From assembly GCF_963921235.1 (NCBI RefSeq), contig NC_086097.1, positions 159,404,001 to 159,468,000 on the forward strand: a DNA stretch of 64,000 bases. The letters run 5' to 3'. Source of the stretch: Mobula hypostoma (taxonomy: Eukaryota). The notes under the pieces were generated by a model, which was not told where the DNA came from, did not search any database, and saw only the letters and a program-made list of their open reading frames with translations. Each line of letters begins with the position of its first letter. The first letter of the stretch is position 1. Positions 23,410 to 36,461 of this stretch are shown here, piece by piece. The position numbers were made by a program, and so were the translations under genes.

Positions 23410-23594
23410 GAGACACATAAGACTGCAGATCAGTGGGCTAGGCAGCACCTATGGAGGGAAATGGACAGCTGATATTGGTCATCTTCATCCAGTCAGATGA
23501 AGAATCTCAACCTAAAATATTGACTGTTCTCTTCCCTCCATATGTCCTTCAGCCTGATCCACTGAGTTCCTCCAGCAATTTACTTATTGCAACC
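23410..23594. mobile_element. Head-to-head PLE-end remnant
   Basis: Inverted arms atggagggaaatggacag / ctgttctcttccctccat, degenerate hammerhead agtcagatgaag...; flanked by TTTTCTAA(C/T)TG at 23399-23409 and 23595-23605. Confidence 0.7.
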
Positions 23595-24444
23595 TTTTCT
23601 AATTGTTTCCTTACATTTTAATAGTTTAATCTGTTTTGAGTATTTACTCTTTGAAAACTTTAGAATAATTTTTCCAAAGTTTAAAAAAAATACTTTTGAA
23701 TACCTTAGAATTTCTGAACATGGGTGACAGCACAAAGCATTTATGAATGCTGAGAGTCATAGCAACTGAATGAAATGATGAGTGTAGTCAAGGAACATCT
23801 TAATGCTTTCAAAATCAGCAGTTCTGTGGGCTACTTTGGTTTTCCCACCTGATGAAATTTATGGCATGCTCTTGAAGATAAGAAACAAGATGATACCACC
23901 AAGGTAATCGTCAGAAAGAGCTGTTTGAAGGCATTGCAAACACAATGGGGCAGGTGAAGCATGAGTACGGGCAGCTCAACAATGCCAAAAAAGTTCTGAG
24001 TTGCACTTTGTCACCCGCACCCCTCCTCACGATTTTTTGTTCTAATTCTTGAACGTTTGGAAATTTAATGGAGTACCTGGGCACTTTGAAATTGATTTAT
24101 TTCTGCTATTTGTTGGCATTTACCTATCTTCTATTCCAAAAGCCAAAATAAACACTGCAGCTGGATTATTGTTCCCATTCTGAACACTATATTTTGGTGT
24201 GAATTAGCAGGTTTTTGATAGTGGAAGACAAAAGTTCAAATTGGAGATCACTGGAGATGATAACAGCCTAGTTTCTGCAACAGAATAATATATCTGCTCT
24301 GACTGATGCCATTGTTAAATTTATTTATTTTGCACACAAGTTTATTCATACAGTATTCTCTAAATTGAAGCTTATGGTAGCTATATCTGTCCAGCTTTGT
24401 CTATGACAACAATAAATTTGAATCTGAGAATGTAAGAAGAATAA

Positions 24445-24545
24445 AATAGGATTAATGTAGGATTAACGTAATTGGTAACTGGTGGTCAGCATGTACTCAA
24501 TGGGCCAAAAGACCTGCTACTGTGCTGTACTTACTGTATCACTGC
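24445..24545 (+). mobile_element. SINE/CR1-type 3' tail
   Basis: ggtcagcatgtactcaatgggccaaaagacctgctactgtgctgta tail motif. Confidence 0.55.
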
Positions 24546-26469
24546 AAAGTGCTTTCAAATACTCTTCCTGTATCCAGAATAAATGTTAATGACTCCTTAA
24601 AGTTGTGCGGAATTAAGCCAATGCACACCTCATTCAAAATGTACAGAGATAGAATAAAGTATAACATTTAATGCTGGAGAGATTTAAAGATGTTCAAAAA
24701 TGCAACAAAGCACCTATAATTATGGTTCATAAAATTACAAAGAATGATACCTCAGGTTATTTTAATTGAGTCCATCCTTAATAAATAGCATAACTGCTGT
24801 TTTAGCCATTGTGCAATAAAGCAATTAAAAAGTAATTTGGTGGTAACTACTCATGACACATTGCGACTCCAGAGAGAAAAAAATAGACTTCAACATTAGT
24901 ACCCCTTTCACGCAGCTTCATCCCAATAACCTTGAAGGTTTTCTTTCCTTTAACCAAACTGAGTTGTACTTTTCATTCAAAATGTTTAATGGCTTATGGC
25001 ATCAGGTAACAAAAAATTCAAAGCTAATGGAATCGCATCACTGAACACAAAAGTACAAAGGATATTAAGGCAAGAAGAGAAGGTAAGAAAAACAGGAGGC
25101 CCTTGAGGTTTCCTCAATGAGCAAGCCATGTATGCTGTAAAAGGTTTTAATATTTGATTCACAACAGACTTATAAGGAGGACATTGAGCAATGTAGTTAA
25201 AAAAGAGAGTTGTAAAATACAAGCTTGTAATTCTGTTGGAGTATTATCTTGCCGGATGAGCAGTGCCCTTCATTTCGACCTGCATTGATCCTGTCACATC
25301 TTTTGTGAACAAAGTTATTTAAATAATTGGGGCAGAAGCCTGTGCTTGTAGCAGGCCAGGCTATGGAAGAAACAAATCTCAAGATCCAATTCCACAGGTC
25401 GAAATGATACCTCTGGAGGCTTGGATAAGATTGAAGGTAATGGTCTGCAGCAATGTTTTAATATTTTGCTCCTGAACATTGAAACTACTCTTCTATGGTA
25501 ATGAAATCCTATAATTGTTTTATTCCTTCTAAACTTAGCCCATTTACTCAGTCCAGAATGGGAACTAAGTTTGTTCTCATTATAGGTACATTCCATTGGA
25601 ATAATCAGACTCATTTTCTTTTTAGCAGAATTACCAAGGTCGCCTGGGCAGAATCATGCAATATGGTGCATTATCATGAAATTGGGAATGAATTTCCCTG
25701 TTTAAGGAAGCCAGTTTTCACCTAAGTTCTCAAAAATTTTCCCCAAGTTCCTCCCTACATCCTCTCTCTGTTTGAATAAGATTGAAATCAATGATTTATA
25801 TTGGAAAACAGAAATGATTTTCACTGGGTGAGACATATTTCTTCCTCACCCATCTCCTATGTATATACATACAAAGAGATAATTAAACTCTTCAGTCATG
25901 TATTGTTATACTTCAGAGTTCGCAACAGGAAGTTTAATGGATTGAATATTATAGCTTGTCTACCAATAATTTACTGAGTTATATTCCCTCTGAGTGGTAT
26001 TGCCCACTGGAAGCACTGCACAGTGGAATCAACTCCTGCTGTACTGCTTCAGGTTCACTAAGGGATAATGAAAACTGAATTATTAGAAGATATACAACAG
26101 ATTTTTCTTTAGTAAAGTATCAACAGAACCACAATACTTCCGTATTTAGGCTATATTAAGCTTTTAGTTTAAATTTAATTTAATCCCATATCTGACATTT
26201 TTTTGAAAGTCTACACAAGTGATGCAGTAATCCATTGCCATCAAAGGTGAATCACCAGGATCATCACCAGCGTTACTTCTGGGCCATTATTAAAGCAGCA
26301 ACAGGATCAGCTACTTTTGTTCTCCCCAAGCAGAAATAAAGTCAACATTTAACCTGCCTTGAGCAACATAAATAATTCCCAATCCAAGCTACATAAAAAC
26401 CTACACCCAACTGTGCTGTTTATACTTGAGAGAATGGTAAACTCAACTTTGTATTCCCATTCATCTGCA

Positions 26470-27000
26470 CTAACCTTTCTCCCATCCCACCCCCATTCCC
26501 TGGCTTATAAAGCAACTATCCAACTCTGCCTTAAAATATTCAATGTCTTTGTTTCTGGTGATCTTTGTGGAAGAGAGTTCCAAAGAATCATTGCCCTCTG
26601 GATAAATAAAAATTGCCTCCTCCTTGTCCTAAATGGATGACCCAATATTTTTAAATAGGTTGATTCCCTCACCAGAAGAAATGTCCACCCTATTGGGAAC
26701 CCTCAGGATTTTATGATTCAGTCAAGACCCGCATACTCTTTTAACTCCAGTAGTTGTATCTTGCCTCTCCAACCTTCCCCCAGAAAGCAACCTACCCAAG
26801 TCTTCTCCAAGCACTATCAATGTATTTACAAGCATCTTTAGTAAATATAATTACAAATATCATTTAAAATAAAGATTACAAATCTACAGTACTCCAGAAA
26901 TTATTTCACCAATGCCCCTATAACTGAAGGATAATGTTTTTTCTTTTGCATTCAGTATTACTGCAATGCATGATAACTTACTGTCAGCTTTCCCTAGTAC
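26470..27000 (-). mobile_element. Old CR1 3' fragment
   Basis: Colinear similarity to 31890-32450 (ctatccaactctgccttaaaatattcaatg...gagttccaaaga). Confidence 0.7.
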
Positions 27001-27089
27001 TTCTTACCATATTACCAGAGTAGATTGTTGTTAATATCACACGAATTGCATGGCAAACATGAGACACCTATTTATAACATTCCTATGCT

Positions 27090-27330
27090 CCCCACATCCC
27101 CATCAACCACTTCCCTCCACCAAGGTTCTAACACACACCTACGCACAAGGGGCAATTTACAGTGACCATTTAACCTTTTAGCCTATATGTCTGTATGTCT
27201 CTGGGATGTAGGAAGAAAATTGGAGTGCTTGGGAAAACACATGCAGTCACAAGGAGAACTTGCAAGCTCCATATAGTCAGCACCAGAGGTCAGGTTTGAT
27301 CTGGCCTTCTGGAGCACTGAAGCATCAGCA
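27090..27330 (-). mobile_element. V-SINE (HE1-like), decayed
   Basis: ggggcaatttacagtgacc...gggatgtaggaagaaaattggag...gcagtcacaaggagaacttgcaagctcc, same core as 2710-2989. Confidence 0.75.
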
Positions 27331-27511
27331 GACCCAAAGGTCAAAGAGAGAGAAGCACACACGCTCATAACAAATAGAACTTTTAGTTTTAGACAGCCCG
27401 CATATGCCAGAAAATATTCTTTCCATTAAAATCATTAGATCACTGGATGACTTCTAAAGAAATACAGCACAGAAATACCCGTAGCCAAAAGGGGTCAAGT
27501 AAAGAGACATC

Positions 27512-28045
27512 AAAGTCAAAAAGTTGAAGCTGAATTTATCATACAACTCCATTAAAAACTTGTTTGTTACAGCATCACAGGCACATAGCATTAGATAAGC
27601 AGCATTCACAAGAAAACCATAAATTAATCAAAAATTAAATACATGAAAAACACAAGTACAATAAAAATAAATCTAACTGTATTTCAAATTGGTCAAAGTG
27701 GTCATCGTGTTACTATACTGAGATAGTGATAAGGATTGTGGTGGTTGGTTCAGAAACTGAACGGTTGAATGGAAGTTTCTGTTCTTGAACCTGGCGATGT
27801 GGGGTTTCAGACTTCTATGCCACCTGCCCAATGGTACCTGCAAAAACATGGCATGGTTCAGAATGCATAGATCTGTGATGACAGATAATGCCTTCTTGGG
27901 GCAGTGTCTCCTGTAAATACTATCAGTAGGAGGGATGTACCTGCAATGTATTGGGCTGAGTCCACTGCTCTCTGCATCTTGTTACATTCCTGCACATTCA
28001 AATTGCCAAACCAAATCATGGTGCAACCAATCAGGATTTCAACAA
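27512..28045 (-). mobile_element. Rex1/Babar 3' end
   Basis: Minus strand encodes KALSVITDL..LNHAMFLQVPLGRWHRSLKPHIARFKNR, followed by a UTR. Confidence 0.75.
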
Positions 28046-31000
28046 TACAGAAGTTTCAGAAACACAGTGGCAGGATCTTTTCTAATTGTTATTATTGATC
28101 TTGCAAAACTATATGCTTGTGTTGTAATACTTCCAGAAATGACTGAGGAGATACTGTACCATAGACTGTTGTGCACTGCACAACCACAACCTCATCACTG
28201 AATAGACACTGACTTCCACCCAGAGTTGATGGCACCTGATCATTTGCTGCCAGTTGACTTTCACACTTCAGTATGATCTAATTATCAACATCATAATGGA
28301 GGTCTTTGTTTTAAAACACTCGCTTTTTGCATATAAAATGATACTTTGATGGCTGATTGGGTTAATGCACCACTATTATGTATATTAAGCTTAGCTGTGG
28401 TAATGATTTGAACTAAAGGCTAAATGCAACTAATTAATATATATTTGCAATTACAGTACCATTTTACTTTTAAAAAAGTTTCAGAGCTTCCAGTTTTCAT
28501 TCATCAGTAAGATCTCATATTGATCCTAAATTGATGAAATAGGATTTGATTTGTTCAGGGAATTGATTGTACTGGATTACTTCCTTTGGGGAATAATGTT
28601 CAGAGGTAGGGCAACTCAACAAGTCAATGGTGTGCATGCAATGATAATAAATTAAAATGCAAAATATTTAAAATACTCCATTATGACATAGGATCATCAA
28701 AATTTGTGAGCATGATGTAATTATGCATGGGAATAAGGTTAAGGAGAAATGGAAGCTGACACTATGCAGAACAAACTTCAAATCAATTTCACTGTAAAAC
28801 TGTCAGAAAGAATCTGTTTGCCACAGTGATGATCCTGACTGTCCTTTACGTCTTTATTCTTGACTTCATTCCATAATGAATACACAAATTGAATGCAGTA
28901 GATCAAAACATCAAGCATGAATTATTGAACCATTCAAACATTCAGCCAGCTGTAGTTTCTTATCATTTTCCTTCTCCCAAAAGAAAAGCTCTGTTTCTTT
29001 TGTAACAACAATTAATTAAGAATCATAGGAGAGTTCTGAGGGCAGAAAATATAGGTAAATTGGGGTAGACACACAGATTTCGAGAGGAAACTACATTTCA
29101 TGCAAAATTAGCCATACAGAAACTGAAATCTCAGGAAGCCTGAGCTTAGGAGGTGCCAACCTAAGCTCCTAGGAAAAAATATGATATGAATATCAACTAA
29201 AGTAATAAAAGACAGAAATATGTTGAACCAGTTGATAGGATGTGACAAGGTTGAAATCTGTTCAATTTAGTTGTAAATAATTTTTCAAATAATTAAAAAA
29301 AGAGTAAAATAATTTATTTGATATGAATATCATTTCATGTTGAGAAAAAGGGATATTACTTTAAAAAATCCAGATGTGTTTAGTTGAAAATTTTGAGAAT
29401 CTGTGTGCAGGGTATTCTTTTATGGTACTGAGCACTGAATCTACCACTGACTTTTAAAGCCTTGCATTCAATCTTCAGCACGCAATTGATTGTTCAAGCC
29501 TATCAGTATGCCTGGGGGTTGGGGGAAGGTAGTGGGAGAAATATACACTGTACTCCTCATTCACCATATAGTTATTGAAGAATAAACAGTACAGCGTGTA
29601 CGTTTCATTCGCCATCTCCCGTTTTTAGGTAGAAAAAGAAATACAGAAAGTAATTGGAATTTTAATTGAATTGGCACATTCATGTTTTCAGAATGTTCCT
29701 TATTTTCACCCACATGCATGTATGATTGATGCGGTAAAGCTCCATGGGGACAGTGCCATAAGCACACAGTGTAACTATTTGGATATATAGTATTGCTGAT
29801 AAAGAAGAAGATAGTTTATTGGAGTATTTATTTTTATCTTTATTTTAGAATTAAAGTGATACGTTCCCATGGAATGACAGAAATGATAGTTAAATCAAAA
29901 AAAGCCTGAACGTTAAATGAATAACAGTATAAATGGGAGAAGAATTGAACTTGATTTAATGTACATCTCATTGCCTATTATACAGTTAACTGGATGTACT
30001 GTGTTTTATTTTGATTCACCATAAAGTTATTGAGGAATAAATGGCACAGTGTGTATGTTTCATTCATCATCCCCCTTTTTCAGTACAGGAGTATGGATTC
30101 ATACTTCTTTAGTAAAGGTATGATCTTATAAACAGAATCACAAAGACTTTGGTAATTCAAGCAAAACAGAAGATTTATTATAGAAATTAACCAGCAAAGC
30201 TAACAGGAACGCAGACTAACTATACAGAATCTTGAAGAACTAAGGTCACTGACAATACACAGAGGAAGACAGAGTTTCAGCAGACAAGGATCCACAACAA
30301 CGGATCAGAGGGGGGTTGGCATGACCCTGAAGCACGTAGGAATTCAGGACTAATCAGACAGCCCTGTTGTCCAGAAGAAACAATAACTACCATGCCCCCA
30401 ACCCCCCCCCCCACCAAGACAACAACTACAATGCAAGACATTGAAAGTCGTGTGCTAATTTAATTACCCTAAATTACATAAAAGTGATAAATACAAATAG
30501 AGTTTTAAAATCTCCATGATACCAAATGAGACACTCACAAAACAAAGTGAAAAACCAGAGCTAGTGCAAAGACAAACAATTAAACATAACAGGTAACCAA
30601 TCCAAGAAACACTGGATCCCCAAAAAGTTACACCGAGAAAATACAATCCACATACTAGTTGAAAAAAATATTATTTTAAAAACAACCTCTGGTTCTGACA
30701 GCTTTGTTCTGATGTTGAAGTTAGTTATTTTGAAATCAATGAAGTGAATTTTGAAAGTAGGGTACAATGAACTGATATCACATAATGTGCATTGGTACTA
30801 CTGATCAATAATGAACTTCGAGGCAATGATACTCTGAATCAATGTTACTTCACAAAACAGATTGCATAATATCAGTAGGAATAGGTTAAATGAATCACTG
30901 AACCTGCTTTGCTTTTCATTAACATCTTACCCAAACTTGTGTGTACCTCATGTTGATTTCCCACTGAGTTACAGCATTTAAATTTCACCACTACTAAAAG

Positions 31001-31469
31001 TTTAGATGGGAGTAAACCACCTGAACATCAGATATAGCCATCATCTGCAGGGAGAACAAAGTGGTTGACACAAGAGTTTCTGCAGATGCTGGAAATCTTG
31101 AGCAAAACAATTTTGAGTTCCTTCTGCAGCTTGTGTGTGCAGAACAAAATGATTAATGTTTAAGACTCAAAACCTGCTCAAAAGGAACTAAAAATACAGT
31201 GGAAAACAACAGAAATTGACAAAGCCTGTTCTTCAGTTACTGTGAGTTTCAATAGGGATATGGCATCTACAGCACCCACATTTTTGATGGAAAGTACAAA
31301 GGAGTCTATTTGGTAAATTTGCTAATATGGTCATAGTTAATATCAACTAGAAACACACAGAATAATTGATCATGGTATCAATCATGTGCAATTCTGCTTT
31401 GATCCCCATATTCCCATTCAAGGTCTTCATTTTTCAGCCAATTATCTCTTTTATCATAACATGATTGGA

Positions 31470-31680
31470 CATGAGTTCAGCAGCCAGAAGTATCTATGAT
31501 CAATGTAAATTAATAAGGGGATAGATAGGATAAATGGAAAAACAAAAAAAAAATCACCATTCAAGAGTTCCTAAAACTAGAACGCATTGGTTTAAGATAA
31601 GAGGTGGAAGGTTTAGAGTCAATCTGAGAGAAAATAAATCAGCAAGGGAGTGATTGGAATCTGGAATACTCAAATGACAA
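31470..31680 (+). mobile_element. Old CR1 3' fragment, left half (probably continues at 36462-36625)
   Basis: KTRTHWFKIRGGRFRVNLR...VIGIWN-type translation. Confidence 0.65.
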
Positions 31681-33463
31681 ATTAGAGTTATTGTAAGCAC
31701 AAGTACATGTATGTACAGGTGCAATGAAAATCATTGCAGCAGCTTCACAGGCACATAGCATCATACAAGCAGCATTCACAAGAAACTTAGACCATTAGAC
31801 CATAAGACAAAGGAGCAGAAGATGGTCATTAGGCCCATCGAGTCTGCTCCGCCACTTTATCATGAGCTGATCCGTTCTCCCATTTAGCCCCACTCCCCCG
31901 CCTTCTCACCATAACCTTTGGTGCCCTGGCTACTCAGATACCTATCAATCTCTGCCTTAAATACACCCAATGACTTGACCTCCACTGCCGCCCGTGACAA
32001 CAAATTCCACAGATTCACCACCCTCTGGCTAAAAAAAAATCTTCTCATCTCTGTTCTGAATGGGTGCCCTTCAATCCTTAAGTCATGTCCCCTCGTACTA
32101 GACACCCCCACCTTGGGAAACAACTTTGCCACGTCCACTCTGTCCATGCCTTTCAACATTCGAAATGTTTCTATGAGGTCCCCCCTCATTCTTCTAAACT
32201 CCAAGGAGTACAGTCCAAGAGCGGTCAAATGTTCCTCATATGTTAATCCTCTCATTCCCGGAATCATTCTAGTGAATCTTCTCTGAACTCTCTCCAACGT
32301 CAGCACATCCTTTCTTAAATAAGGAGCCCAAAACTGCACACAGTACTCCAAGTGAGTTCTTACCAGTGCCTAATAGAGCCTCAACATCACATCCCTGCTC
32401 CTATACTCTATTCCTCTAGAAATTAATGCCAACATTGCATTTGCCTTCTTCACCACCGACTCAACCTGCAGGTTAACCTTAAGGGTATCCTGCAGGAGGA
32501 CTCCCAAGTCCCATTGCATCTCAGAACTTTGAATTTTCTCCCCAGTTAAATAATAGTCTGCCCATTTATTTCTTCTACCAAAGTGCAGAACCATACAATT
32601 TCCAACATTGTATTTCACTTGCCACTTCTTTGCCCATTCTCCCAATCTATCCAAGTCTCTCTGCAGACCCTCAGCACTACCGGCCCCTCTACCTATGTTC
32701 CCTCTAAGCTGTGCGTGTCTGCGCGCGCACACACGTTTTTCAATCAGCGCACAAAGGAAATTAATGTGTGCACAAAAGGTTAGTTACCTAAAATAATGTA
32801 GTAATTAATAATTATACTTACTGAACATAATCTTTCAGCTAAATGTTTCTGTTAACTAGTTAGTTGGTTTTTCAAATAGCACAATGCACATCATTAATTT
32901 ACATCATCTCACCTACTCTGTTCCGGGATCTGGGAGACAATGTTTCGTGGAGTGACAAAGTTAAAGTTTTGCTAAGCCAGCAACATGAAGAAAACATCAC
33001 AGTAGATACAAGTTCGCTGTTGACCTTTATAAATAGTCTTTGTGTTCATTTAGAAGAAAGGTTTCTTGAAGATGAGGTACAAGAATGGTCAGCTTTTGAT
33101 TTCTCCGCAATTGCAGATTGTGACTTCACATTTGGTGATGAACAAGTTAATGCCTTATGTCTAAAATATCACGATTTTCTAGCTGAAAATATTGCAATAG
33201 TTAGAAAGATTAATGATTTCAAATTTTCCGTGCAAGTAAAAAGTAAATCCCAACTGATTTCAAACTTTGCTCAAATGGTGGCATTTGTACTTCAAAATGA
33301 ACAGTTTTGCAACGATGCAGTGTTGATGGACATTGGGGGAACCTTTCTGGCATCTAGTGCAGACTGTGAGTGAGGTTTTAGACTAACGAATCAACTCAAA
33401 AACAAGCTGAGAAACCATTTAGGTGAATGTCATTTGGATATGTTAATGAGAATCAAAAGCTGT

Positions 33464-33610
33464 TATAGAACCATAGAACATTACAGCACAGAAACAGGCC
33501 TTTTGGCCCTTCTTGGCAGTGCCGAACCATTTTTCTGCCTGGTCCCACTGAGCTGCACCTGGACCATATCCCTCCATACACCTCTCATCCATGTACCTGT
33601 CCAAATTTTT
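33464..33610 (-). mobile_element. CR1 3' tail nested in the hAT
   Basis: atagaaccatagaacattacagcacagaaacaggcc tail with short tandem end. Confidence 0.8.
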
Positions 33611-34252
33611 CTTTTTCTTTTTTTTTGTAACTTAATTTTAATTGAATTTCATCATCAAACATTTCCACAAGATGTATTTCAGATACTGTACATATGTTAT
33701 ATAATCATATTTGTCACAAATCTCCACATAATATTTATCTGATAGAAAGGAGAGGAAAGAAAGAACAATCGAAAGAAGAAAACTATGTACAGAGTAGGGA
33801 GTGATCTTTTTTTTTACAACATATTCATTGACTTATGAGAATAAAATCAGGCCTATGAAGTATTATGTAGTTAAACCATTTTTTCCAGTATGAATAAAAT
33901 TGTTCCAACTTACGATTAACAGTTGCTGTTATCTTCATTTTGTAAATGTCCATTGTAATTTCTATCCATACATTTAGAGTTGGGCTTTCCTGTGATAACC
34001 ATTTCCTGGAAAGTGTCTTCTTATCAGCCACCAGCAATACATTCATTAAATATTTATCTCTTTTCAACCATTCTTGAGGTATATACCCAAAATATATAAC
34101 CCTCCTGTTTGCTGGAGAAATTGTGGAAATCAAAATGCAAACTATTATCATATTTTCTGGAAATGCCCTGTTATCAAAGACTATTGGAATGGGTACATAA
34201 TGCCCTACAAGACATCTTTAAATGTGAAATACCCATTGAAAGTAAGACCATA
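33606..34252 (-). mobile_element. L1-clade LINE 3' fragment with 5' inversion
   Basis: Poly-T at ~33606-33627; minus strand YFGYIPQ...KKTLSRKWLSQESPTLNVW...WKKWFNYI; plus-strand CWRNCG...HIFWKCP zinc knuckle at ~34100-34252. Confidence 0.88.
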
Positions 34253-36461
34253 TCAATTGGATGGAAGTTCTATTAGTCTAGATAGAGTTTACAAAGGATG
34301 GGTAAATGCCAAAGACAGGAGAGGGAACAAATAACTGAGTGGTTAAATAAGTTATTTTGTTGTTATTCTGTGCAGTTTTATGTCAAATATTTTGTAAAGC
34401 TACATAAACTGTGCCATGTGTGCATTCAGTTCGCACATACTTTTGTCACAGGAAAAAAATTTGCATAACATAAGATTTTTGGGCACACTGACTACTAAAA
34501 ATTAGAGGGAACATTGCCCTCCACCTATCTTTGTATCATCAGCAAACTTAGCCACAAAGCCATCTATTCCATAATCCAAATCGTTGATGAACAGCGTAAA
34601 AAGAAGCGGCCCAACACGGACCCCTGTGGAACAGCACTGGTAACCGGCAGTCAACCAGAATGGGATCCCTTTATTCCCAATCTCTTTTTCCTGCCAATCA
34701 GCCAATGCTCTATCCACATATGTAACTTTCCCGTAAATCCATGGGCTCTTATCTTGTTTAGCAGCGTCATGTGCGGCACCTTGTCAAATGCCTTCTGGAA
34801 ATCCAAATACACACATGCACTGCATCTCCCTTGTCTAGGCTCCTCAAAAAATTGCGTTAGGTTTGTCAGACAGGATTTTCCTTTAAGGAAACCATGCTGA
34901 GTTCTGCCTATCTTGTCATATGCCTCCAGGCACTCCATAACCTCATCCTTGACAATCGATTCTAACAACTTCCCAACCACCGATGTCAAGCTAACAGGTC
35001 TATAATTTCCTTGTTGCTTCCTTGCCCCCTTCTTAAATAGCGGAGTGACATTTGCAATCTTCCAGTCCTCCGGAACCATGCCAGAATCTATTGACTTTTG
35101 AAAGATCATTGCTAATGCCTCCACAATCTCTACAGCTACTTCCTTCAGAACACAAGGGTGCATTCCATCTGGTCTGGGAGATTTATCTACCCTAAGACTA
35201 TTCTGCTTCCTGAGTATTTTCTCTGTCATAATTGTGACTGTGCAAACTTCTCTTCCCTGCCACCCTTGAGTGCCCGGTATACTGCTGATGTCTTCCTCAG
35301 TGAAGACTGATGTAAAATACTCATTCAGTTCCTTATCTCCCATTACAATTTCTCCAGCATCATCTTCTATCCGTCCTATATCTACTTTCACCTGTCTTTT
35401 ACTCTTTATATACTTAAAAAAGCTTTGAGTATCCTCTTTGATATTATTTGCTAGCTTCCTTTCATAGTTCATCTTTTCCCTCTTAATGACCTTCTTAGTT
35501 TCCTTTTGTATAGTTTTAAAAACTTCCCAATCCTCTGTCTTCCCACTAATTTTTGCTTCCTTGTATGCCCTCTCCTTTGCTTTAACTTTGGCTTTGACTT
35601 CGCTTGTCAACCATGGTTGCATTCTTTTTCCATTCGAAAATGTCTTCTTTTTTGGAATATATCTGTCTTGCACCTTTCTCACTTCTTCCATAAACTCCAG
35701 CTAGGGCTGCTCTGCTGTCCTTCTCACTAGTGTCCCTTTCCAGTCAACTTTGGCCATTTCTTTCTCATGCCACTGTAATTTCCTTTACTCCACTGAAATA
35801 CCGACACATCAGATTTCGGCTTCTCTTTCTCAAATTTCACAGCGAACTCAATCATGTTATGATTACTGTCTCCTAAGGGTTCCTTCACCTCAATCTCTCT
35901 AATCACCTCTGGTTCATTACACAATACCCAATCCAGTACAGCCGATCCCCTAGTGGGCTCAACAACAAGCTGTTCTAAAAAGCCATCTCGCAGACATTCT
36001 ACAAATTCTCTCCCTTGAGATCCAGTGCCGACCTGATTTTCCCAATCCACTCGCATGTTAAAATCCCCCACAATTATCATAACACTTCCCTTCTGACAAG
36101 CCTTTTCTATATCCTGTTGTAATTTGTAGTCCACATCACCACAGCTATTAGGAGGCCTGTACATAATTGCCATCAGGGTCCTTTTACCCCTGCGATATCT
36201 TAGCTCAACCCATAAAGTTTCTGCACCTTCTGATCCTATGTCACCACTTTCTAATGATTTAATATCATTTCTTACCAATAAAACTACGCCACCCCCTCTG
36301 CCTACCTGCCTATCCTTCCGATACACCATGTATCCTTGGATGTTCAGCTCCCAGAGACATGCATCCTTTAGCCAGGTCTCAGTGATGGCCACAATATCAT
36401 ACCTGCCAATCTGTAGCTGTACAACAAGATCATCCATCTTATTCCTTATGCTGCGTGCATT

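Larger units (their letters stand above)
32915..34334 (+). pseudogene. hAT transposase C-terminal fragment (dimerisation domain), split by nested LINEs
   Basis: HLEERF...SAFD...GTFLASSADCE*GFRLTNQLKNKLRNHLGECHLDMLMRIKS, then after the 33464-34252 insertions YQLDGSSISLDRVYKGWVNAKDRR; S.A.CERxFS..N..K...RN.L....LD.LM.I is the hAT C-terminal signature. Confidence 0.88.
32693..34516 (+). mobile_element. Internally deleted hAT DNA transposon
   Basis: 15-bp TIRs CTATGTTCCCTCTAA (32693-32707) / TTAGAGGGAACATTG (34502-34516), 1 mismatch; 8-bp TSD CCCTCTAC (32685-32692) / CCCTCCAC (34517-34524). Confidence 0.92.
31788..36461 (-). mobile_element. CR1 LINE, complete decayed ORF2 (APE + RT), interrupted by a hAT transposon
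   Basis: ORFs 35727-36437 (AITETWL, IVGDFN, SNHNMI), 34651-35691 (NYRPVSLTS, QHGF, YLDFQKAFDKVPH), 34502-34717 (KFADDTK), 31884-32351 (RRMRGDLIE); tail (tggtctaa)n at 31788. Confidence 0.96.

Noticed and set aside
29142..29168. 9-bp stem hairpin GAGCTTAGG/CCTAAGCTC
   Set aside because: A few stems of this size are expected by chance in 64 kb; no supporting context.
34651..36437. 346-aa and 236-aa ORFs as functional genes
   Set aside because: Frameshifted pieces of one CR1 ORF2 whose RT is disrupted by a hAT insertion.
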